Virus record (IMG/VR): IMGVR_UViG_3300025133_000167
Location: 1 to 49,870 of that record
DNA from: a virus
Lineage: Duplodnaviria; Caudoviricetes
Direction: 5' to 3' (one strand)
DNA length: 49,870 nt
Under the pieces are notes generated by a model. That model did no database searches, was not told the origin of the DNA, and was given only the letters and a program-made list of their open reading frames with translations. Position numbers and translations under genes: made by a program. Of this stretch, positions 16,918-27,440 are shown piece by piece (position 1 is the first letter of the stretch; every line of letters begins with the position of its first letter).

Positions 16918-16945
16918 ACTGTAACATAAAAGGTAATCTTTTCAA
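16918..16945 (-). promoter_or_regulatory. Sigma70-type promoter candidate
   Basis: TTGAAA-N16-TACAGT with extended TG; overlapped by inverted repeat TTGCCTTTTATG/CATAAAAGGTAA (16901-16936). Confidence 0.6.
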
Positions 16946-16952
16946 TGATGAG

Positions 16953-19900
16953 TTATTCTTCTTCAACTTTATAGCGTTGACGTGGGCCACCTTTACTTTC
17001 TGCAATTTTATTAAGTCGCCTTTGTTTCTCCTTAAAACTCCCAGCAATATCTTGGCGATTATATCTTAACGCTTCTTCAGGATTATAAGGCATTCGTCGA
17101 GCGATCCCTGTCCAATGGCGCAACATGTGTGACATGCCTGCTGTAGCTCCCTTCTGCCATTTAGGGTTAGCTCCGTAAGACATAGCGTAAAGACTAGGGA
17201 TCTCTGTACCGAATATAGGCAGCGCTCGGATTGAGTCTACTGCTGCACGGTTCACGTAATATCCCTTTTCCCCAGGGATAGGCTCAACAAAATTAAGTAG
17301 AAGAGGAACCTTAGAATACATAGTATAAATGTCTTCTTCTCCTGGACGAACCCGTTTCCCTAAAGGATTCTTATGTACTGGAGCATTACTGAACTTGTCC
17401 CAGACACCAGTAGCTGCTCCTTTAAAAATAGGGTTCAAAAAGTCCATGCCTGTTTGAGAGATTAATTTATTGCTATCTGCGGTTGGACGGATTTGCCCCC
17501 CTGTAGCTGCCCCAAGCATAAACCCACCTATGCCTTCAAAAAGCTTACGATATAAGTCCATCATATCTAGAGCAGTCCACATGGGCATAAGCGTAGAGTA
17601 GTGCGTATACTCACGTCCATGATTCCGAAGCCACCAGTCCCGGTCATCTTGCGACATTAAATCATTTGAGATTACAGGACGCGCCCCCACATACCAGGGT
17701 GAAGTACTCTTTTGTGCTTCTTGAATGATCTCCCATTCACTCATCGCTCGATCTTCATCGTCTCCCCAAACATAGTTAGGAACTGTATTCACAATATTAG
17801 CTTGAGCACGGACCCGACCGATCTGTGTTTGGCCAATCATCGCTTTACGTACTGATTCTTCTAGTGGACGAGTAAAAGGTTCTAAAAGGGCTCTTCCCAT
17901 TTGTTTACCCGCTAAACGAAAGAAGGGGTAGAAAGCGATAAATTTTCCTATAGTCTGCATCTCCCAGTCAGTGACACCATACTTCCAGTCATAAAAAGAA
18001 TTATGTACCGCCTGTTTAGACGCTGCACGACTTTCCCCCCGCATACAACGATACTCAAGATAAAGCGCCATCCGTTGCCTACCTTGAATAGTGGTGATCA
18101 TGTCACCCCAATACCTACTGTAATCTTCAATTAAACCTGCACCATTAGCTACATTCTGAAACTTTCCCCAATAGCTAGGAGGCTTCTGTTGATTCATAAT
18201 TTTGTACAAATCTTCAGTCATTAGTGTATCAAATACACCGTCCTCCATCGCTTCCTGCATCAATACTTTATACGTCCGTTCTCCTTCAAACGTATCCGCA
18301 ACTTCATCAGACATTCGATAGACTTGAGTAATATGTCCATTGAATAGAGCATTGAGAGGAGAAGTCAGCCAAGGACGTGTGCCACTCTTCGAGGCAGCTT
18401 TACCCATCCCTACTAGATAATCTTGAGTCCAAGTGCCGTAGTAAGGAATATAAGTAAAAGCATTTTGAAAGATTAAAGGTGCAGCACCTGTGACATAAAT
18501 CTTCCCTTTGTCTTTCCCGATCTGAACTCTTTTTACTGAAAGGAGACTTTCAGTCATCCATAATTGAGAAAAGTCACCTGCTATTTGGTTAGAAAAATAA
18601 GCGGCACGAGGAAAAGTAATCCCCATAATGACACTTTTCCGCCACCATCTTAGATAGTTCCAAAAAGCATTAACTGTAGCAGCCCCTACACCGTCAGCAA
18701 GAGTTATTTGTTCTAAGTCTTTTGCGATTTTACCTGCTTGTTTTTCAATTCGATCGATTAAAGCTTTAGGTGCAAACTGGGCTTTTAAAGGATCTGCAGA
18801 CTTAGTTACTTGAGATAGCTCTAGGGTGTACTCCTTTAGTTTTCTAAACCCAAGAGCAAAACGAGGTTGGTCAAATCTCATTCCCCATTGGGCAAAAGCA
18901 TTAAAAGCTGCAGTAGGATCAAAACCATATTCAGCCCCTACTTGTCGAAACTCTTGTGTAGCTGAAGTTATCGCCACTCGGTCAGCCGGGTCTAATCCTA
19001 CGACTTTCCCTCTTGTTTGACCAAGGATAAAGTTTGCCCCTAAAGCAGCTTCTTCAGTCATCGCTGGACCCGTAGCGCGACTTAAATCAATTAAGAAGTC
19101 TTCGACAACTGCCCCGTGTAACACTCCTTTCGCGATAAAAGCCATCGCACGATCTACAGACTCAACAGGTAAACCTGGAAATTGCTTCTCTGTGGCAATT
19201 TTGATACCAGCTATAACTTCCTCAAAAGAACGGTTCTCTCTAATGAGGTTAAAAGTTGCGTTAAGTAGTTCTCCTGCGGGTTCAGTCGCCTTTGATGCAC
19301 GAGGGATAAAAGCATAGGCTAAGGCTTTTAGGGCAAGGTTAGCTTGAAGGGTGGTGTTACCCCCATCATCTGTACCTCTTACAAGTTTAGCTGCATCAGG
19401 AGTGTCTAAAATATAAGACCTAAACTTCTCCCAAGGCGTTCGCTCACCTTGATTAGTAACTGCTACTGCACCTGCACCTAAACCATCGGGACCGACTACT
19501 TTCTGCCCACGAAATTCAATATTAAACACACGAGTCGTAGTTAAAAACCCAGTAAGTTCCTCTAGTAAATTAGCTTTATTTCTCACCCATTGATCAAACA
19601 ATAATGTTATTTCTTCATTGGCACGGTCTGTACGTGTTGACGCTATTAGAGTGGTTTCTTGTATATTACGTGCAACTGGGGCCGTTCGATGAGTTAACGG
19701 ATCGACCTTAGAAGCTAAGAGGTTTGCTTTGCGTAACAGCACCCCTGTGGCTCCTGTTACAAACGTTTTAGCCCAATCTACAGGATTAGACCCATTCATT
19801 TTAAACAGCACTTGGGAGCTTAATTCAGGACTTTTCCACAAGTTAACCACACTTGATGCTATTGCAGCGTCTTCTGTTTTCGTGGCTTGGGTAGCTGTAA

Positions 19901-22900
19901 TCAATGCTTGCTCTATCCTAGTTAATAACTGCACTTGGGAGCGAGATAAGGATAGGGGGTCTGTAGAAGTCCCTCGAATTAAACGGCGAAATACATCGTT
20001 TTGATTCATTAGAAGGGTGAACATTTCATCCGTAGCTTTCTCTCTTGGGGCACTTTTCAGTACATTTCGATAAGCTTCTTGGTCTAAGAGAAAGCGAGTA
20101 GGGTCAGAAGGGTCTACTCGAATAAAGCCTCCCGATATTATTTGAGGGGCTACTGGAGCCACTTGTTCCGTTGGCCCTTTCAATAGTTTCTTATAAGCAT
20201 TAATTGAATTACGTAAGGTGTTTACTACAGGACGTACAGAATCTGTCATATTACTTAAAGCTTTAAGCTTTATTTCAGCTTTCACCTTACGTAAATGGCC
20301 TTTCTTTAAATGCCCCAGACTAATTGTAGGAGCATCTTTAACTGTTATCTTTAGGAGATCGTCTAGGTTCTTTTGTACTAATGCTCGGGCTTTAATTAAA
20401 TCTTGGGCTAACCCCTCTTGTGTTTCTACTTTCTTAGCTTTTTTAAGCTTCTTTTCTAGCTTTCTAACTAAGGTAGTTGCTTTTAAAAGTTCTTCTCCTG
20501 AAGTAAAGTATTTTGCTAAGTGAGTAAGACTTCCTTCATAAGCTTCTTGTGCCGCTTTAAAATTCTGATAGAGCCCTTCAATCCCCCCGTCTAAGAACAT
20601 GCGGCGAGTAAGAACTCGATCTGCTGCATTTGCCTCCGCTAGCTTATTCATAGTAGCTTCGATTGTAGCTAGTTCATCAGCTTGTTTTGCGCTTAAAGTA
20701 GGATAACCTCTAAGTTTTTCTGCTCGTAATTCCAGTTGAGTAATAGCATCAAGATTTTTCTGAAGCCTTTGATGAGCCGTTAATCCTTCTTCAATGTTAG
20801 CCAGAAGTGTTCTATGCCCTGCTTCTAAATTTCCATGTGTATACTTTACTCCGGCCAAAGCCCCTGCTTGCCGTAGTTTAAATTCAGCCTCTTCTAATGC
20901 TGCAGCAGTTTGAAGTACTTCTTCGATCGTTGCTTCCTGCTTGCTTTTTAATAAAGCATATTGTGCAGGGGTAGCCTCGGCCCCTTTATGATGCACCTTA
21001 CCGTATGCTTCGATATACCTAGCAGTTGTGTCACCGACTATTTTCTTTTCCTTAGTAATCTGCTCTCTAAGCTTTTTTAAATTTTCTCGGCTGTTAGTTA
21101 ATGCAGCACTAAACTTCCTTTTTTCACTAGGATTAGTTCGGAGATGCGCCCAACTTGTCCACTCATTCACCATTAGAGCGTCATACATATCAGCAAGTTC
21201 TCCCGCACCTTCTTCACGGAAGAACTTAGGGATCTCGCTGAAATTCTCTATCTTACCCGATTCAAGGTCGTCTAAAGCTTTAGCTAATAAGTTGTCATAC
21301 TTATCCAAACGTAACACATCAATTGCTTTGCCTACCTTTGCTGCTCCGGTGACTGTTTTTCCTAGCCCCCGTGCGGCTAACTTGGTGCCTTTTACTGCTG
21401 TTGAGTAAGGTAGAGTTGCTAATGTGATAGGGTCAGGCTCGAATAGCATTAACAAAATAGAAGCCGTTACCCCTGCTGCCATAGCTGGCCCACCTAAAAA
21501 AGATAGTTCTTCAGGTAGTGCTTCTGCTAACTTCTTCCCGACTACCCCCAAGTCTTCTGCAAAATTGTAATGGCGGGCTTCTTTGAGATGTTCTGCGCTT
21601 CCGTAGACCAAATCCGGGTCCTTGCTAAACAGATAGGACCCGAGCACTGTAGTAGGGGCAATTGACGCCAACCAGTGCAGTACCCCTGGGTTAATATCTT
21701 CTACTTGATCTGCATAAAAAAGGGTTCCCTGATTAAAAGCACGAGCAGAAGGGGGGTAAAAAAGAGCCGCCCACGGTCCTCGTTGCTTTAAGATCTGGTT
21801 GTAAGCAGCTTCTCCTTGCTCCCCAAAAAGTTTAAGAGGGGCGAAGATGGTAGCTGAACTTAAAGGACTATATGCAAGAGGGTCTTCTCCTGCGGCAATA
21901 TCTCTTACAAGTTTATTGGGGTCGTCAATATATAAAGACCCCTTTCTCCCTTGCTGTTGTAGACGACGTACATCAGCCCTAGCTCTCTCCTTTGCCTCTT
22001 CCATTAAAGAAGCAAACTGACTAGGAGACATTTTGCCACCGATTCTAGGATTAGCTTCACCTAAGCTACGGAAACCAGCTTCTTGAGATAGAATTTCAGT
22101 GTATGCCGCGAAGAAGTCTTCCTCAAAAGCCTTTAAATTGACTGCATGACGCTCCCCAGATACTGCTGCAAGATAGACTAATACTTCATCGGGACGATAC
22201 TTATGTCCCCCAAACGACTGGTCAAAATTAGCTAACGCTGCACGACTAGCAACGCGATACCCCAGCAATTCTTCTGCTTCAATCGATTTTAACTCTTCAT
22301 CTGATAAGCCTTTAGTACGTTGCTGCAATAACCGTAAGTCTTCTGGTAGTTCTGTGGAAGCTAACCCTCCTTGAAGAGTCCCTGCAGAGCGAGCACTGAA
22401 TGTATCTAAGACATGAGACTGCTTTTCCCCCGGTTGTTTCCACTTAGGGATAAGGATTAAAGGAGCTTTTTCCCCTTCTTGTAAAGGTGTCACTCCAATA
22501 TAGGCAAGATCAGGGGGTGCAGTGTTATTCTGTAGACTTGCTTCATAATTAGCTAAGGCTTCGGCTTGCGCCAAAGATCTCTTATGCCCTTCCCTGAACG
22601 CATCTAAGTTATAGATAGGAGCATTGACTTTGGGTCTGTAGCCAAAATCACTGCGTGCTGCATACTGGAAAAAGTCATTAGCTGAAGAGGTTAACAAGAG
22701 CTTCTTATTCGGAGATTCTTTTAAAGCTTCATCACGTAAATAAGCTGCCATTTGTTCAGGAGAATTTACTTTTAAAGGTCTGCCATATCTCGTAGTTAAC
22801 CGACGTAATGCCTTATCACTTGACTCTTTAAATTGAGAAGCTTCTTCTCTAACTTTAGATGCTTCAACTTGCTCTTTAGCAATATAATTTAGGTCTAATT

Positions 22901-22949
22901 CAGTTGATGTACCGGGTGCTTCTCCTGTAATTTCTTCTGTAGTCGCCAT
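16953..22949 (-). CDS. Large (1998 aa) putative internal virion / ejection protein
   Basis: Size, helical composition and position after the tail genes; no catalytic motif recognised. Confidence 0.6.
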   Translation of the reverse strand: MATTEEITGEAPGTSTELDLNYIAKEQVEASKVREEASQFKESSDKALRRLTTRYGRPLKVNSPEQMAAYLRDEALKESPNKKLLLTSSANDFFQYAARSDFGYRPKVNAPIYNLDAFREGHKRSLAQAEALANYEASLQNNTAPPDLAYIGVTPLQEGEKAPLILIPKWKQPGEKQSHVLDTFSARSAGTLQGGLASTELPEDLRLLQQRTKGLSDEELKSIEAEELLGYRVASRAALANFDQSFGGHKYRPDEVLVYLAAVSGERHAVNLKAFEEDFFAAYTEILSQEAGFRSLGEANPRIGGKMSPSQFASLMEEAKERARADVRRLQQQGRKGSLYIDDPNKLVRDIAAGEDPLAYSPLSSATIFAPLKLFGEQGEAAYNQILKQRGPWAALFYPPSARAFNQGTLFYADQVEDINPGVLHWLASIAPTTVLGSYLFSKDPDLVYGSAEHLKEARHYNFAEDLGVVGKKLAEALPEELSFLGGPAMAAGVTASILLMLFEPDPITLATLPYSTAVKGTKLAARGLGKTVTGAAKVGKAIDVLRLDKYDNLLAKALDDLESGKIENFSEIPKFFREEGAGELADMYDALMVNEWTSWAHLRTNPSEKRKFSAALTNSRENLKKLREQITKEKKIVGDTTARYIEAYGKVHHKGAEATPAQYALLKSKQEATIEEVLQTAAALEEAEFKLRQAGALAGVKYTHGNLEAGHRTLLANIEEGLTAHQRLQKNLDAITQLELRAEKLRGYPTLSAKQADELATIEATMNKLAEANAADRVLTRRMFLDGGIEGLYQNFKAAQEAYEGSLTHLAKYFTSGEELLKATTLVRKLEKKLKKAKKVETQEGLAQDLIKARALVQKNLDDLLKITVKDAPTISLGHLKKGHLRKVKAEIKLKALSNMTDSVRPVVNTLRNSINAYKKLLKGPTEQVAPVAPQIISGGFIRVDPSDPTRFLLDQEAYRNVLKSAPREKATDEMFTLLMNQNDVFRRLIRGTSTDPLSLSRSQVQLLTRIEQALITATQATKTEDAAIASSVVNLWKSPELSSQVLFKMNGSNPVDWAKTFVTGATGVLLRKANLLASKVDPLTHRTAPVARNIQETTLIASTRTDRANEEITLLFDQWVRNKANLLEELTGFLTTTRVFNIEFRGQKVVGPDGLGAGAVAVTNQGERTPWEKFRSYILDTPDAAKLVRGTDDGGNTTLQANLALKALAYAFIPRASKATEPAGELLNATFNLIRENRSFEEVIAGIKIATEKQFPGLPVESVDRAMAFIAKGVLHGAVVEDFLIDLSRATGPAMTEEAALGANFILGQTRGKVVGLDPADRVAITSATQEFRQVGAEYGFDPTAAFNAFAQWGMRFDQPRFALGFRKLKEYTLELSQVTKSADPLKAQFAPKALIDRIEKQAGKIAKDLEQITLADGVGAATVNAFWNYLRWWRKSVIMGITFPRAAYFSNQIAGDFSQLWMTESLLSVKRVQIGKDKGKIYVTGAAPLIFQNAFTYIPYYGTWTQDYLVGMGKAASKSGTRPWLTSPLNALFNGHITQVYRMSDEVADTFEGERTYKVLMQEAMEDGVFDTLMTEDLYKIMNQQKPPSYWGKFQNVANGAGLIEDYSRYWGDMITTIQGRQRMALYLEYRCMRGESRAASKQAVHNSFYDWKYGVTDWEMQTIGKFIAFYPFFRLAGKQMGRALLEPFTRPLEESVRKAMIGQTQIGRVRAQANIVNTVPNYVWGDDEDRAMSEWEIIQEAQKSTSPWYVGARPVISNDLMSQDDRDWWLRNHGREYTHYSTLMPMWTALDMMDLYRKLFEGIGGFMLGAATGGQIRPTADSNKLISQTGMDFLNPIFKGAATGVWDKFSNAPVHKNPLGKRVRPGEEDIYTMYSKVPLLLNFVEPIPGEKGYYVNRAAVDSIRALPIFGTEIPSLYAMSYGANPKWQKGATAGMSHMLRHWTGIARRMPYNPEEALRYNRQDIAGSFKEKQRRLNKIAESKGGPRQRYKVEEE

Positions 22950-22958
22950 GTTTCACCT

Positions 22959-25193
22959 TTATGTCACTCGACGAGTACCAGCATCGACACCTTGATGTCT
23001 ACGTCTTATTAATTCTGCTTCTCCTTTCCCGGTTAAAGCTGCCATAATTGCTTTAAGAGCTTCATCCCGTGCCGTTTTTGTCCCTTCATGGTCTTGCGGG
23101 ACTGGCCCACCTGTCTCAAAAGAAGGTTGTTCTGAACTTACATCAGCTAAAATAGGAGCCCCTGTGATAAGTGCAGCTTGTTCATCGCCGCCTTTCCGTG
23201 CTGCTTTCTTAGCTTCTTTAGCTTCTCTTTTTTCCCGTGCTTTCATTTGGTCTTCGTCTTCTACTCGACCTCGTGCATCAGGGTCTTCAAGTCCTTCTTC
23301 CCCAAAGAGAGTGTGCTCCCCGCCGGGAGTACCCAAAAGAGGGTCTTCTTCCTTTCTTTTTTCTCCCCAGTCCCCGCTGTAATTATAATAAGGATCGTAT
23401 TCCTCTGGTTCCGTTACTGATGCCGCTACTTCTTCTTCAACTGCTGGCGTAACTTCGAGAGGGGCGTCTTCTGGGGGGATAACTGTTGCAGTTTCAAAAG
23501 CAGCTATAGCTTCATCTATTTCTGGCTGATCTACTCCTATCCAAGTTTCTTGGCCTGTTTCATCATTGGTAGCCACCATAAAAGGATGATCATCTGTGCC
23601 TCTTATTGTAAAAGTTACAGGGGCACCTTCCCACTCCCCTCTTCGTGGTGGCTCTTCATTAGGGTCTGCTGCCGCTGGAGGAGGAGAAAGGGGTGGAGGA
23701 GGTTCTGTAGAAAGGTCTTCTGGAGAAGGGGGCTCCGTAAAAGAATCTTGCCCCTCATAGTCTCCTGTATCTACATCTTCAACTGGTTGATTTGTCTGTG
23801 CGGGAGTTTGAGCTAGGTCAGCAGAAGGGTTCTCTTCGGCTGTAACTGAAGGAGAAGGAGAGGGAAGATTACGATCGTCTTTGTTATAAACCAGACCTTT
23901 TTTATCTTTTCTTCTGTATTCAAGTGCGTTGGCTTGACTAGAGGCACGGTCTGGTCCTCCTTCACGTCTCTCTTTCCGATTCAATTCCCTTAGAGCGATT
24001 CTAAGATCGTACTCCATCAGTTCCTTGTCTTCTTTCCCCACAACTGAAGAAGCCCAAGTACGGAATTTAGGATTAGCGAAGAACTCTTTACGTGACGCCA
24101 GGATATTAGGGTCGTCTGTGTCTTCATCGATTAAGCTAATATATTTTTCAGCTTGTGTACGGGCTGTGTCTGCACCACTATCCCCTAGACTTTTAAGAAG
24201 CTTATTCATTTCCTCTTGAGTCTCGGGGTCCGTAGATAAATCTTTAATACTTCGTTGGATCTCGGTAAATGCCCTAGCTAACTTAGGTCTAGCCGAGCTT
24301 CTACTAAATTCATCATGCGCATCTTCAGTTGCTTTTTCATAAATAGCAGCAATTTCTTTATCAGCCTTTGTTAATGTTTCTCGATCGTCACGTATTCTCG
24401 CGGCTAATTGTCCCGCTGCAGTACCCGCACCCGCACCAGGAGCACCTTTACTTACTTGGTCCATTAATTCTAGTGCTTCTTGTCCTCCTCCTGGGAACCA
24501 TTGAGAGCCTCGGGCAAAAGATTCAAAAAGACCTATACGCACACCTGGGGTAGTCTTGGTGGTGTAAGCATTTAAAAGGTCGCCCCAAAATTGAACATTA
24601 CCCACTAAAGCTTCTTTATCACGCCCTTTTGCCTGTAGATAGCCTGGGGAGTTTAAGTATTCAGTTACTGCTTTATCAATAGCTTGAGGGTCATTTCCTT
24701 TTATCTCTTTGTCAATCTTGTCCAAGCGTACTTTCTGTTGTGCAGTCAGCAGTTTAGCTTTAGCTCCAACTAAAGCTGTAGTGGTACTTCCTGCTAAACT
24801 ATACTCACCAGCGATAGCCCTAGCATACAGATCGAAAAGCTGCTTTTGAAGATCAGCTTTCATCTCAATCACTTTGCCCACTGAAGTGATCCGCTTTCCC
24901 TCTAGCTGCCCTGCTATCCGTAATAGCTTCGTGATTTGATCTATATAAAACGCTTCTTCTTCTTGAGATAAACCATATGTAGGGTGATATTTCTTCTTAG
25001 CTGTAGCTACATCTCCACCTTCTGCAATCTCAAGTGCTGCTTGCAAACGTCCTGTAGTTTCAGACAAAACTTGTTGCTTTTTAGTCTTCCGATGGTCACG
25101 GATCTTCCTAAATAGCTCCCGCATTTCGTCGTCAGTTAGGACACCCTGTTGCTGGTACTCCCCTTCTTCCACATCATAGATCTCTTCAGCCAT
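22959..25193 (-). CDS. Putative ejection protein (744 aa)
   Basis: Helical N-terminal part, acidic Pro-rich C-terminal part; position. Confidence 0.5.
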   Translation of the reverse strand: MAEEIYDVEEGEYQQQGVLTDDEMRELFRKIRDHRKTKKQQVLSETTGRLQAALEIAEGGDVATAKKKYHPTYGLSQEEEAFYIDQITKLLRIAGQLEGKRITSVGKVIEMKADLQKQLFDLYARAIAGEYSLAGSTTTALVGAKAKLLTAQQKVRLDKIDKEIKGNDPQAIDKAVTEYLNSPGYLQAKGRDKEALVGNVQFWGDLLNAYTTKTTPGVRIGLFESFARGSQWFPGGGQEALELMDQVSKGAPGAGAGTAAGQLAARIRDDRETLTKADKEIAAIYEKATEDAHDEFSRSSARPKLARAFTEIQRSIKDLSTDPETQEEMNKLLKSLGDSGADTARTQAEKYISLIDEDTDDPNILASRKEFFANPKFRTWASSVVGKEDKELMEYDLRIALRELNRKERREGGPDRASSQANALEYRRKDKKGLVYNKDDRNLPSPSPSVTAEENPSADLAQTPAQTNQPVEDVDTGDYEGQDSFTEPPSPEDLSTEPPPPLSPPPAAADPNEEPPRRGEWEGAPVTFTIRGTDDHPFMVATNDETGQETWIGVDQPEIDEAIAAFETATVIPPEDAPLEVTPAVEEEVAASVTEPEEYDPYYNYSGDWGEKRKEEDPLLGTPGGEHTLFGEEGLEDPDARGRVEDEDQMKAREKREAKEAKKAARKGGDEQAALITGAPILADVSSEQPSFETGGPVPQDHEGTKTARDEALKAIMAALTGKGEAELIRRRHQGVDAGTRRVT

Positions 25194-25207
25194 GTTTCAC
25201 CTTCACT

Positions 25208-25672
25208 TCAGCCCGGTATAACAGCACTTGCGACAGCCTGACCTATGTCGATACCCTTTTGAGCCCAAAATTGAGCATTCTGCCGAGCCCGTTCTTGTTG
25301 AGCCTCTAACCGTGCCCGTGTGTCTCTAGCAAATTGACGAGCAACTTCATTACTATATTTATACGCATCAGAGCTTGCCCCAGCAACCGCTTCACTTACG
25401 TTTTTACCTACTTGACGAGCACTTTCTGCCAACTGTCCAGTCCAGCCTGTGCCCCCTAAACCAGCTTGGGCAATATCTGTAGCAATTGTACCTGCTTGTG
25501 CGCTTGCTGCTTGTTTAGCTTCGTCTGTCAACCCTTCACGTTCAGCAAGGGTTAGCCCTGCTTCTTGAGGATTAGTTTGTATACGTTTTAGATCACCAAG
25601 AAGAGCTTCCTTAGAACGTTTAGGCGCAGCGACTCCCCCAAATGCTCCCATTGAATAAGTATCAGCGGCCAT
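25208..25672 (-). CDS. Putative small ejection/pilot protein
   Basis: Ala/Gln/Gly-rich helical 154 aa protein with an amphipathic C-terminus, first of a small-medium-large trio. Confidence 0.55.
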   Translation of the reverse strand: MAADTYSMGAFGGVAAPKRSKEALLGDLKRIQTNPQEAGLTLAEREGLTDEAKQAASAQAGTIATDIAQAGLGGTGWTGQLAESARQVGKNVSEAVAGASSDAYKYSNEVARQFARDTRARLEAQQERARQNAQFWAQKGIDIGQAVASAVIPG

Positions 25673-26667
25673 TAGTACACTCCTGCAGCTTTATTTCGTA
25701 TGTCCTCGTACTCCCGAAGTATATCACGCTCCGCTTCTAGTGCCTTTCTTCGACGTAGCCAAGTGTCATCTGAACTGGCATCAGCGGCAGCATCCAAAGT
25801 AGGTTTCCAAGAAAGAGGATCTTTAGGGTCATTTCGAGGAGGAGCCGAGCGACCATAAGAAGGGTAACGGTCTTGGCTTAACTCTTCATCAATATGTTGC
25901 GAAGTTCTAGGCCATTCTCCCTCGGGAATACCGGAAATAGGATCTGCCATTCCTCCGTGATAACCAGAAACATTCACTTCGGGCTCCCCTGATATACCCC
26001 AATCTTCTGTACCAGGAATTTGACGCCGAGTTAATGCAGTGAGTGGGGCACTTTTACCGGGGAGTAGATCCCCACGTAAGATAGCTTCCCAAGTTGATGC
26101 TTGAGGGATCTGCCGCAAGACCTTCTCCCACGGAATAGGGGCACCCCCTGTCACACTTTTTAGCGCCTCTACGAGTTGGGGCGGGAAGTAAGAATCGGGT
26201 ACTTCACTAATCCCCAAACCTTGGTCTTTGTAAGCTTGGATCACTCTTGCAGCAGCTTCTTGACGTTGAGGAAGAGAGATAGCATTAGGGGTTACATCTG
26301 CTACTTGGTGTATCCTAGCATAAGCTTGGCGTAGTGCGTCTAATTCAGCAGATGAACCTGTAGGGTTAATCTGACGCAAAGGACTTAAACTAGGATTTTG
26401 GTTAAAAAATTCAAAGACTTCAGCGTCAGCAGGAGAAATATCTGGGCCATATACTGCTTTCAACGCAGCTAATGTAGCAGGGGCTGCTTCGGGCATTGGA
26501 GGCCCCACAAATTCATCAATCTCTACGGCTTCTACAGGAGCAGGAGCAGCGGCAGCAGCTTTAGCAGGAGCACGGGCAGCTTTAGCGGCTACAGGAGCAG
26601 GTGAGGGTGCTGGCGGGGGAGCAGCTTTACCCTGACGTTTCTTTTTTAATTGACCAAAAACAGGCAT
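25672..26667 (-). CDS. Hypothetical protein with Pro/Ala/Lys-rich N-terminus
   Basis: 331 aa ORF, AGGAG RBS, coupled to the next gene. Confidence 0.7.
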   Translation of the reverse strand: MPVFGQLKKKRQGKAAPPPAPSPAPVAAKAARAPAKAAAAAPAPVEAVEIDEFVGPPMPEAAPATLAALKAVYGPDISPADAEVFEFFNQNPSLSPLRQINPTGSSAELDALRQAYARIHQVADVTPNAISLPQRQEAAARVIQAYKDQGLGISEVPDSYFPPQLVEALKSVTGGAPIPWEKVLRQIPQASTWEAILRGDLLPGKSAPLTALTRRQIPGTEDWGISGEPEVNVSGYHGGMADPISGIPEGEWPRTSQHIDEELSQDRYPSYGRSAPPRNDPKDPLSWKPTLDAAADASSDDTWLRRRKALEAERDILREYEDIRNKAAGVY

Positions 26668-26675
26668 GTCTTCTC

Positions 26676-27440
26676 CTAAAGCGGGGTTCTAAAAGCAATA
26701 TGTTTAAAAGATCTTACCCAAGTACGAATCTGACGAATAACCGGACGAGATCTAAGTGGTACATCAGCATCGTCTGGGGCAATAACTAAAGCATTTGAAT
26801 TCACACTCGCTTCTCCGTCACAAATTAAATGGACCCCTATTGTATGCCACCCCTTTTCTAACCGACTACTAAAGTGCCCATTCCAATAGCGATTCTTAAT
26901 CTCACCATAATGTTGAAATGTATCTCCATCAGTAGGTCGCCACATAGAACGAGGAAGAAGACGACGCTGACCCCGATTATGGGCAAAGACTCCATCAGTT
27001 ACAATCACGAAATTAGCGGGGTAACTAATATCCCATAACTCCCCACTGTAAGCAATACTCCAAGTACAAATTACAAAAGCATCCCAAGGCAGGTAGAACG
27101 TTTTACAAGCACCAGGGATAGCTTTATAGAAACTTTCAGGGATCTCATCAGGAGAATCAGTCGGTCCTTCTAATGTTACCCCTGGAAACCACTCTTCAGG
27201 AAACCAATCTAAGTTGGCTGTACCTGCTGCTGCTCCCGCAGAAGTAAACGTTTCTCGCTGAACTTGACGCTGAAGGATCTTTGGCCAAGAACCGGCAGCA
27301 TTTACATCATCAAGACGCCCGTTCATTGTATCAAATGAACTTGTTAATGCTGCAGGGTCGTATAAATCTTGACTTATATCCGCACCGTTAGGCGTAGTCC
27401 CGTTAGCATAAGGGAAATTAGCTAAGACAATAGTGGGCAT
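26676..27440 (-). CDS. Putative tail-associated protein (trio member 3)
   Basis: 254 aa, after the nozzle; N-terminal pattern shared with the two upstream genes. Confidence 0.55.
   Translation of the reverse strand: MPTIVLANFPYANGTTPNGADISQDLYDPAALTSSFDTMNGRLDDVNAAGSWPKILQRQVQRETFTSAGAAAGTANLDWFPEEWFPGVTLEGPTDSPDEIPESFYKAIPGACKTFYLPWDAFVICTWSIAYSGELWDISYPANFVIVTDGVFAHNRGQRRLLPRSMWRPTDGDTFQHYGEIKNRYWNGHFSSRLEKGWHTIGVHLICDGEASVNSNALVIAPDDADVPLRSRPVIRQIRTWVRSFKHIAFRTPL

Noticed and set aside
16953-22949. Tape measure protein or virion RNA polymerase
   Set aside because: No tail tube, sheath or chaperone genes, no periodic Trp/Phe repeats and no polymerase catalytic motif recognised.
22959-23120. 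KTARDEALKAIMAAL near the C-terminus of the 744-aa protein as another cargo tag
   Set aside because: Spacing deviates from R-x-x-A-A-x-x-A-L and Ala-rich helices match by chance; not counted.
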